From Candidatus Iainarchaeum sp. (GTDB lineage Archaea; Iainarchaeota; Iainarchaeia; Iainarchaeales; CSSED10-239): a stretch of 11,379 bases of DNA. This document shows, piece by piece, positions 1 to 4,900 of the stretch. Location: assembly GCA_028693335.1 (NCBI GenBank), contig JAQUVR010000012.1, positions 1 through 11,379 on the forward strand, read 5' to 3'. Position 1 is the stretch's first letter, and each line of letters opens with the position of its first letter. The position numbers and the translations under genes are program-made. The notes beneath the pieces are model-generated. The model was not told the origin of the DNA, ran no database searches, and saw only the letters and a program-made list of their open reading frames with translations.

Positions 1-807
1 AGACTTTGTTGGAAAAACAACTGAATCTTTTAATTTTAAATGACCTTGATAAACAATGATATCTGCTGTTGTTCCAAGACCCTTAAGATCTCCAACCTCT
101 AAAACTGCTGCTTGCATTTTATCTTCTGGATCTATTGTGATTTTTTTTCCTAAAAATCTTTGACTTAAAACTGATAAAAATAAAACACATTCAGGAAGGC
201 CCCATGATTTTAATATAGATGTTGGAATTATTGCAACTGTTTTTGTAAAGTCTGTGACACGATCATATCTTTCTGCAAGATATCCTTTATCATAAAGTTG
301 TCCAACAATTTTGTATATTTTATCATCAAGATTTTCTAAAACTGTTTTTGATTGATTATTAAAATTGGTAGTTATGTCATAATTTTCTTGATACCAACCA
401 CCTGGCATGAGATCTATTTTGTTTGCAGCAATTATAAATGGAACTTTATACATCTTTAAAATATTAAGTGTTTCTATATCTTGTGCTTGAAGACCTTTAT
501 TAATATCAACAACTAAAACAACAAGATCTGCTAAAGATCCACCCCTTTCTCTTAAATTGTCAAATGCATTGTGACCAGGAGTATCAATAAATAATAATCC
601 AGGAATATTTAATTCAAAATTAAATTTTTTTGCAAGATGACCACAAAAATTATTAATCACATCTATAGTTATTTCTGTCGCGCCAATGTGTTGTGTTATT
701 TTTCCTGCTTCTTTACTAACAATTGCAGTACCCTTGACTTTATCTAGAAAAGTTGTTTTTCCTGAGTCAATGTGGCCCATTATTGTTATTATTGGTTGTC
801 TATACAA
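1..807 (-). CDS. infB: Translation initiation factor aIF5B (archaeal IF-2 type GTPase), N-terminal part; the 3' end of the gene lies beyond the window start
   Basis: The - strand frame is open from position 1 to 807. Translation: (L/M)YRQPIITIMGHIDSGKTTFLDKVKGTAIVSKEAGKITQHIGATEITIDV...LLFIDTPGHNAFDNLRERGGSLADLVVLVVDINKGLQAQDIETLNILKMYKVPFIIAANKIDL...ERYDRVTDFTKTVAIIPTS. It has a P-loop GHxDxGKT, DTPGH switch II and NKID, and is colinear with the Methanothermobacter aIF5B N-terminus as I recall it. It is absent from the ORF track because it is truncated. An ATG at 780 would delete the beta1 strand (RQPIITI), so TTG at 805-807 preceded by GTGATC (818-813) is the preferred start. Confidence 0.9.
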   Translation of the reverse strand, partial: MYRQPIITIMGHIDSGKTTFLDKVKGTAIVSKEAGKITQHIGATEITIDVINNFCGHLAKKFNFELNIPGLLFIDTPGHNAFDNLRERGGSLADLVVLVVDINKGLQAQDIETLNILKMYKVPFIIAANKIDLMPGGWYQENYDITTNFNNQSKTVLENLDDKIYKIVGQLYDKGYLAERYDRVTDFTKTVAIIPTSILKSWGLPECVLFLSVLSQRFLGKKITIDPEDKMQAAVLEVGDLKGLGTTADIIVYQGHLKLKDSVVFPTKS

Positions 808-830
808 AATGCGATCACATTTTTATTTTT

Positions 831-875
831 AAAAAAAAGAAAAATAGATGGGAAAAAATAATTTTTATAAAAAAA
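831..875 (-). terminator. Cluster of oligo-T tracts downstream of rpl24e (candidate archaeal termination signal; may overlap the infB promoter)
   Basis: On the - strand, directly after the rpl24e TAA (878-876): T7 (875-869), T6 (858-853) and TTTTTCTTTTTTTT (844-831). Oligo-T runs are the known archaeal intrinsic termination signal. TTTTTTTATAAAAAT (875-861) is also TATA-like, so the function is ambiguous. Confidence 0.4.
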
Positions 876-1088
876 TTATTTTTCAGATTTCTCTGCTTGT
901 TTTTTCATATGTCTTTTCTTTTCTAATTGATAGGTTTCTGTCCATCTTGTTTTTAGAGGCTTATACTTTTTAGCTAATTGATTTTTCTTACATTTGCTTG
1001 AGCAAAAATAATATGTAGTGCCATCTTTTTTCGCATAGACAATACCAGTACCTTTTTCCATTTCTTTTCCACAAAATGTACATATCAT
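876..1088 (-). CDS. rpl24e: 50S ribosomal protein L24e (eL24)
   Basis: 70 aa. MICTFCGKEMEKGTGIVYAKKDGTTYYFCSSKCKKN is the eL24 zinc-ribbon-like signature (CxFCG...GTG...FCSSKC). SD AAGGTGAAAACAAA lies before the ATG. It follows rps28e as in the conserved rpl7ae-rps28e-rpl24e cluster. Confidence 0.96.
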   Translation of the reverse strand: MICTFCGKEMEKGTGIVYAKKDGTTYYFCSSKCKKNQLAKKYKPLKTRWTETYQLEKKRHMKKQAEKSEK

Positions 1089-1122
1089 TTTGTTTTCACC
1101 TTTTTTATTTTAATATGCTAAT

Positions 1123-1332
1123 TTAGCGAGTTCTGATGTCTTTTGCTTCTGACTCTGGATTCATTAAAATTAAAATGTCTCCTTTTTTTACTACGCCTCT
1201 AACATTTCTTTTTTTTATTCTTCCTTTTTCAACACCATCAAGTATTTTACACAGAACTTGAGTTGCTTCACCACGAGAACCTGTTCTTCCAACAATTTCA
1301 ACAATTTCTGCTGGAACACCTTCATCTGCCAT
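1123..1332 (-). CDS. rps28e: 30S ribosomal protein S28e (eS28)
   Basis: 69 aa. PAEIVEIVGRTGSRGEATQVLCKILDGVEKGRIKKRNVRGVVKKGDILILMNPESEA matches the eS28 consensus (PAEVIEIIGRTG...RNVRGPVR.GDIL.L.E.EREA). SD AAAGGTGAATAAAT lies before the ATG. Confidence 0.96.
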   Translation of the reverse strand: MADEGVPAEIVEIVGRTGSRGEATQVLCKILDGVEKGRIKKRNVRGVVKKGDILILMNPESEAKDIRTR

Positions 1333-1355
1333 ATTTATTCACCTTTTAAAATCAT

Positions 1356-1889
1356 TTATTCTTCTACTTTTGTAGGCTCTTCTACTTTTGGAGCAGATTC
1401 TTTTTCTTCTGTCTTTGGTTTCTCAGCTTTTGGTTTTGCTTCTTTTTTTTCTGCTTTTGGTTTATCTACTTTTGGTTTTGCTTCTTTTTTATCTTCTTTA
1501 ACTGTATTTTCTTTCTTTGAAACAGTTCCAGAAATTTCTTCTACTTTGCTTAATAATCCACTAAATTCTTTTTTTGCAACTCCTTCATCTGTTATTGCAA
1601 CTGAACTTGCTTTTGCTGATATTCCAACAATTTTACCTAATTCTTCTTTTGTACTTACATAAGTAAATGGAATACTTTTTTCTTTACAAATAACTGGCAA
1701 ATGCATAATTATTTCTGCGGGTGAAATATCTTCTGCAATTATTACTAATTTTGCAATATTTCTTTCAATTGCCTTTGTTACTTCATTTATTCCTATTTTT
1801 ATTTTTCCAGATTTACTAACTTTACCAATAACATCTGCTTGTAAAGTTTTTAAGTCTTCTGGTACTGAAAATTTAACGTATTCTGCCAT
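1356..1889 (-). CDS. rpl7ae: 50S ribosomal protein L7Ae (eL8 family, K-turn binding) with an atypical ~57-aa Lys/Glu/Pro/Ala-rich C-terminal tail
   Basis: Residues 1-120 (…KSGKIKIGINEVTKAIERNIAKLVIIAEDISPAEIIMHLPVICKEKSIPFTYVSTKEELGKIVGISAKASSVAITDEG…) match the L7Ae/L30e/S12e fold signature. Residues ~121-177 are low complexity (KKEAKPK repeats). SD GGAGG lies 7 nt before the ATG. It is first in the L7Ae-S28e-L24e cluster. Confidence 0.95.
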   Translation of the reverse strand: MAEYVKFSVPEDLKTLQADVIGKVSKSGKIKIGINEVTKAIERNIAKLVIIAEDISPAEIIMHLPVICKEKSIPFTYVSTKEELGKIVGISAKASSVAITDEGVAKKEFSGLLSKVEEISGTVSKKENTVKEDKKEAKPKVDKPKAEKKEAKPKAEKPKTEEKESAPKVEEPTKVEE

Positions 1890-1894
1890 AAAAT

Positions 1895-1920
1895 AACCTC
1901 CAATTTTATTTTCATCGGCT
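1895..1920 (-). promoter_or_regulatory. Candidate kink-turn (Kt-7-like) hairpin in the rpl7ae 5' leader, overlapping the Shine-Dalgarno sequence
   Basis: mRNA 5'-AGCC GAU GA AAAUAAAAUUG GA GGUU-3' (1920->1895). C helix AGCC/GGUU (one G-U). 3-nt bulge GAU. Tandem sheared pairs G1913-A1899 and A1912-G1900. A1911-G1901 at the 3b-3n position. Then 3 A-U pairs closed by an AAA loop. The 3' strand GGAGG (1901-1897) is the SD. Confidence 0.4.
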
Positions 1921-1981
1921 TTTTTTAAAACTAAAAAAAGGTTTGCTTTTCTGATAATTTCTTTCTCAAAAAAACACCAAT

Positions 1982-1999
1982 TATATAATATATTATATA
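1982..1999. promoter_or_regulatory. Perfect 18-bp A/T palindrome (TATATAATATATTATATA) in the divergent rpl7ae / deaminase spacer; possible bidirectional TATA element
   Basis: The sequence equals its own reverse complement. It sits ~93 bp upstream of the rpl7ae ATG (1889) and ~42 bp upstream of the deaminase ATG (2041). Pure A/T composition in an AT-rich genome makes chance occurrence plausible. Confidence 0.3.
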
Positions 2000-2010
2000 T
2001 TTAGGAATCT

Positions 2011-2019
2011 TTTTAAATA
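2011..2019 (+). promoter_or_regulatory. TATA-box-like element upstream of the deaminase gene
   Basis: TTTTAAATA is centred ~26 nt upstream of ATG 2041. That is the typical archaeal TATA-to-TSS distance and would give a leaderless or near-leaderless mRNA. No SD motif precedes either candidate start, which fits a leaderless transcript. Confidence 0.3.
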
Positions 2020-2040
2020 GATTTGTATAAACATATTTTT

Positions 2041-2499
2041 ATGATTAAAAAAAAAAATAATGAAGATAATTTTAATAAAAAAATAATAGAAATATTAAAA
2101 AAAGAATCCAAAAAATCTCTTTGCCTAAGAAAACAAATAGGAGCAGTAATTGTAAAAAATAAAAAAGTTATTGGAAAAGGAAGTAATGGAAATTCAAAAA
2201 ATATTCCTCCTTGTTCAATAATTGGATGTGCAAAAAACTATTTTAAATATAGACCTGGACAAAAAAATGAATTGTGTACAGGTATTTGCGCAGAACAAAG
2301 AGCTATTATTGATGCATTAAAAAAAGGACATAACTTAAAAAACGCAAGTATTTATTGCACTCACAGTCCATGTTATGCTTGTGTTAGATATTTTGTAGAA
2401 CTGGACATAAAAAAGATATATTATATTGAAGAATATGATGATGTCTTTGCAAAACAAATAATAAAATTAGGAAAAATTCAAAAAGAAAAAATAACTTAA
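2041..2499 (+). CDS. dCMP / cytidine deaminase family zinc enzyme (ComEB-like)
   Basis: SLCLRKQIGAVIVKNKKVIGKGSNG ... CAEQRAIIDALKKG ... YCTHSPCYACVRYFVELDIKKIYY gives the (H/C)AE ... PCxxC zinc deaminase signature. The N-terminal block resembles dCMP deaminase (STCxRRxVGAVIV). The ORF track starts at TTG 2023; I prefer the first ATG at 2041. The stop TAA is at 2497-2499. Confidence 0.85.
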   Translation: MIKKKNNEDNFNKKIIEILKKESKKSLCLRKQIGAVIVKNKKVIGKGSNGNSKNIPPCSIIGCAKNYFKYRPGQKNELCTGICAEQRAIIDALKKGHNLKNASIYCTHSPCYACVRYFVELDIKKIYYIEEYDDVFAKQIIKLGKIQKEKIT

Positions 2500-3215
2500 G
2501 CCCAGAATTGATCAAAATGAGTTGTAATTGCTTTTGTTAAACTTGGGTTATTTTTTAAAACTGTTAAATGATATATGTCTTTTGGTGTTGAAAGATCATT
2601 TAATGACATAATTATTTTGTTATTATCAATAATATATGCATCCATACTATGATCTTTCTCTTTAACTTGGAAGTTTTTTGGCATATCAAATTCTTTTGTA
2701 TTTGGTTTTGTAATTAATTTTACTGCTAAATTTGAATTGTCTTTAACTTCATCAAAAGCATCAAATCTATTATCTAAATGAGTAAAACCGTTTATTTCTT
2801 TTTTTGCGGTTTCAAATTCTTGTGACAATAGTTTATTATAATCTTTTAAATTCCTTACTTGTAATAGTTTTTCTTGAGAAACAACATGACTTTTCCAGTT
2901 TTCTTTTACAAGAATGTCTTTTACTTGTTTATCAAGATCTCTAAATTCTTTTTGTTTTATATCTAAAAGATTTTTAAAAATATCTTCTGGATCTATAACC
3001 TTATATTTTTTTGGTCTACCATATACTTCTAAAACTAAACCCTTGTCTTTTAATTTTTCTAAAACATCATAAACCCTTGTCTTTGGAATTTCTGCATTTC
3101 TACTGATATCTGGAGCATCTGCTTCTACTAAATCAAATAGAGTAGTTAATGTCCTTGACTCGTATTCAGTCAAACCCAATTGTGACAAAAGATTCATAAT
3201 TTTACTATTGTGCAT
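2496..3215 (-). CDS. TrmB-family winged-helix transcriptional regulator, short (TrmBL2-sized) form
   Basis: The N-terminus LLSQLGLTEYESRTLTTLFDLVEADAPDISRNAEIPKTRVYDVLEKLKDKGLVLEVYGRPKKYKVIDPEDIF is the TrmB HTH signature (LGLTxYEAxxY...RVYDVLxxLxxKGLV...GRPxxY). The track start is GTG 3224. ATG 3215 is preceded by GTGA plus a 5-nt spacer, like other genes here. ATG 3197 is also possible. Confidence 0.85.
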   Translation of the reverse strand: MHNSKIMNLLSQLGLTEYESRTLTTLFDLVEADAPDISRNAEIPKTRVYDVLEKLKDKGLVLEVYGRPKKYKVIDPEDIFKNLLDIKQKEFRDLDKQVKDILVKENWKSHVVSQEKLLQVRNLKDYNKLLSQEFETAKKEINGFTHLDNRFDAFDEVKDNSNLAVKLITKPNTKEFDMPKNFQVKEKDHSMDAYIIDNNKIIMSLNDLSTPKDIYHLTVLKNNPSLTKAITTHFDQFWA

Positions 3216-3234
3216 TTTTCTCACATTTGTTTTT

Positions 3235-3250
3235 TGTAATTAATCACAAA
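3235..3250. promoter_or_regulatory. Near-perfect 16-bp palindrome TTGTAATTAATCACAA between the TATA-like element and the TrmB-like gene start; candidate operator
   Basis: TTGT-A-ATTAAT-C-ACAA has 7 of 8 symmetric positions paired. It lies 20 nt upstream of ATG 3215 and downstream of a - strand TATA-like TATTTAAAAA (3288-3279). Confidence 0.3.
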
Positions 3251-3320
3251 TTAATCTAAAATAATTAATTACCAAGTGTTTTTAAATAGTTATGATTTTT
3301 ACAAAGTATTTTAAACAATT

Positions 3321-3338
3321 AAAAAAATCTTTAAAAAA
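3321..3338 (-). terminator. Oligo-T termination signal after rps2
   Basis: On the - strand, immediately after the rps2 TAG (3341-3339): TTTTTT (3338-3333), AAAGA, TTTTTTT (3327-3321). A 114-bp spacer follows, the largest same-strand gap in the operon, which fits an operon end. Confidence 0.5.
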
Positions 3339-4253
3339 CTATTCTTTTTTTTCTTCAGTTGTTTTTTTAACGTCTACTTTTTCAGCAGGTTTTACAGCAT
3401 CTGTTTTTTCAGCAGGTTTTGCTGTTGATGGTGCTGAAGTCATAGGAGCTCTTGGAGTTCTTGGTGTTCTTGGTCTTGTTACTGGTTTTGAAAGTGGAGG
3501 CCTTCTTGAAACTCTTCCTCTTTTTCTTGAACCACCTAAATCATCATCAGAATCTCTTTCACTTTTTTCTCCAGATTCTTGATTATAAACCAAATCTTCT
3601 ACTCCATAAATATACTCTTTTTCGGATTTAATTATTCCGTGTCTTAATTGTAATTCTCTTACTAATAACCAAAAGAAAAGAGCAACAGATTTTCTTCCTT
3701 TATTATTATATGGAACAACATAATCAATATTTCTTATGTTACTAGAAGTTGTACATAATGCAATAATTGGAACACCAATCTTTGCAGATTCAACAATTGC
3801 TTGTCTATCTACATTAGGATCAGAAATAAAAACTAATTTAGGTTCAATAAAATGTTCTGATTCTGGATTTGTAAAAGTTCCAGGAATAAATCTATTTAAT
3901 TTTACTTTATATCCAAAATTTTGTTCTAATATTTTTAAACCAGGTAAAGAATATTTTTTTCTTGAAACAAAAACTACATCTTGTGGATCATATCTATTAA
4001 TAAAATCTATAACCAATTTTATTCTTTTATCAATATGTTGAACATCCATAACATTAATTTTATCTGGTCTTGATTTAAAAATAAACTTTCTCATAGCTCC
4101 ATTTTTATATTTGGTGCCAATATGAATACCATTTTTTAAATAAAGATCAACATTTACTAATGTCCTTTGAGTTTGTGGACTTCTATTTTCTGATTTTGTT
4201 TCTGTTTCTTGATTAAATTTTTCTTTTTTTTCAGTAATTTTATTTCGTTCCAT
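3339..4253 (-). CDS. rps2: 30S ribosomal protein S2 (uS2) with a ~30-aa N-terminal and ~82-aa C-terminal low-complexity extension
   Basis: The core, residues ~31-222 (LVNVDLYLKNGIHIGTKYKNGAMRKFIFKSRPDKINVMDVQHIDKRIKL...VFISDPNVDRQAIVESAKIGVPIIALCTTSSNIRNIDYVVPYNNKGRKSVALFFWLLVRE), matches archaeal/eukaryotic uS2 (SA family). No internal alternative start precedes the core. SD TGTGAAAAATT lies before the ATG. Position after rpoN is conserved. Confidence 0.95.
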   Translation of the reverse strand: MERNKITEKKEKFNQETETKSENRSPQTQRTLVNVDLYLKNGIHIGTKYKNGAMRKFIFKSRPDKINVMDVQHIDKRIKLVIDFINRYDPQDVVFVSRKKYSLPGLKILEQNFGYKVKLNRFIPGTFTNPESEHFIEPKLVFISDPNVDRQAIVESAKIGVPIIALCTTSSNIRNIDYVVPYNNKGRKSVALFFWLLVRELQLRHGIIKSEKEYIYGVEDLVYNQESGEKSERDSDDDLGGSRKRGRVSRRPPLSKPVTRPRTPRTPRAPMTSAPSTAKPAEKTDAVKPAEKVDVKKTTEEKKE

Positions 4254-4270
4254 AATTTTTCACATTATAT

Positions 4271-4465
4271 CTAATTATATTTCATTATATCGTCAATTAC
4301 TTCAACATGTGTTAATAACATTCTTCTACAACAATATTTTTTTACATTTAGTTTATCTAGTGCTTCTTGTGGTGTTTTTTTTTCAATAGTAACTAATCTA
4401 ATAAACTCTTCATAATTATTAGCAACTACTTGGCCACAAGAAAAACAACGTATAGGACAAATCAT
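4271..4465 (-). CDS. rpoN: DNA-directed RNA polymerase subunit N (Rpo10 / RPB10 homolog)
   Basis: 64 aa. MICPIRCFSCGQVV...KYCCRRMLLTHVEVID is the Rpo10 zinc-bundle signature (PxRCFxCG ... YCCRRM). SD GAGGTGAATTAATA lies before the ATG. Confidence 0.96.
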   Translation of the reverse strand: MICPIRCFSCGQVVANNYEEFIRLVTIEKKTPQEALDKLNVKKYCCRRMLLTHVEVIDDIMKYN

Positions 4466-4472
4466 TATTAAT

Positions 4473-4877
4473 TCACCTCTTAGAGTGTTGCTTTTTACCT
4501 CTAGCTCCCTTTCCTAATTGTTTCTTAGTTTCTTTTTGTCTTACGTCATCAACTAAAAGATGTCTGTCATACGCAACAAATTTTTCTTTAAGTTTTTCTT
4601 TATTACCATTAGCTAAAAGAATACCTTTTGCAACACAACTTCTTGCAGCTTGTGCTTGTCCACTTACTCCGCCACCTTTAATATTTATAAAAAAATCAAA
4701 TTTGCTAAATTCTTCTTGTGCAATATGAGAAGGCTCTTTAACAATTTCTCTTTTATATCCAGTATAATAAACATCAATTGGAGTTTTATTTATATGAATC
4801 TTACCAGTACCTGGTTTTATAACACATCTTGCAACAGCTGTTTTTCTGGTTGCTTTAACTAAATAATTTTTTGCCAT
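4473..4877 (-). CDS. rps9: 30S ribosomal protein S9 (uS9)
   Basis: 134 aa. GKIHINKTPID..., IKGGGVSGQAQAARSCVAKGIL, DRHLLVDDVRQKETKKQLGKGARGKKQHSKR with the characteristic C-terminal SKR. It follows rpl13 as in the universal L13-S9 pair. Confidence 0.96.
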   Translation of the reverse strand: MAKNYLVKATRKTAVARCVIKPGTGKIHINKTPIDVYYTGYKREIVKEPSHIAQEEFSKFDFFINIKGGGVSGQAQAARSCVAKGILLANGNKEKLKEKFVAYDRHLLVDDVRQKETKKQLGKGARGKKQHSKR

Positions 4878-4900
4878 ATTTTTTCACTCATCTCTTAAAT

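Noticed and set aside
808-875. Intergenic spacers (808-875, 1890-2022, 3225-3338, 5697-5744) scanned for box C/D sRNAs, ndk/adk/cmk remnants or other small ORFs
   Set aside because: I found no RUGAUGA...CUGA box pairs with appropriate spacing other than the GAUGA that forms part of the rpl7ae leader K-turn candidate. There are no open frames above ~20 codons and no residual similarity to the missing enzymes. The spacers are A/T-rich promoter or terminator-like sequence only.
1427-1490. Short direct repeats (also at 3381-3476 and 8091-8112) considered as a CRISPR or minisatellite array
   Set aside because: The repeats are 9-42 nt in period and only 2-3 copies each. They have no spacer architecture, and they are all in frame within r-protein ORFs, encoding low-complexity peptide repeats. 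They are reported instead as the origin of the protein tails.
1258-1662. 134-aa + strand ORF from the track (F/S/G/T-rich: ...FGFSAFGFASFFSAFGLSTFGFASF...)
   Set aside because: It is entirely antisense to rps28e and to the Lys/Glu-rich tail of rpl7ae. Its odd composition is simply the reverse-complement reading of AAA/GAA/CCA-rich codons. It has no SD and no recognisable domain. It is a shadow ORF.
2023-2040. TTG start for the deaminase as given in the ORF track
   Set aside because: There is no SD before the TTG. The first ATG (2041) sits at the right distance from a TATA-like element for a leaderless transcript, and the six extra residues (MYKHIF) add nothing conserved. It is kept as an alternative only.
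2047-2057. An 11-nt A homopolymer at the start of the deaminase ORF, considered as a slippage or phase-variation site or sequencing-error hotspot
   Set aside because: The ORF is intact through it (encoding KKKN) and the downstream frame contains all the catalytic motifs. Such A-runs are common in this composition. It is worth a glance in the read pile-ups, but there is no evidence of a frameshift.
2041-2499. Possibility that the deaminase, alone or with the adjacent regulator, is a nucleotide-depletion antiviral defence module
   Set aside because: Described dCTP-deaminase defence proteins are larger multidomain enzymes, often with a kinase-like N-terminal domain, and sit in defence islands. 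This is a bare ~150-aa housekeeping-type deaminase domain embedded between ribosomal operons, with no other defence or mobile genes nearby.
3292-3582. 96-aa + strand ORF (Gly/Val/Leu/Ser/Phe-rich), preceded by a TATA-like TTTTTAAATA
   Set aside because: It is antisense to the repeat-built C-terminal tail of rps2 and mirrors those repeats. The rps2 frame is continuous with a well-conserved core, so the - strand reading is the real one. The TATA-like element is better explained as the - strand promoter of the TrmB-like gene.
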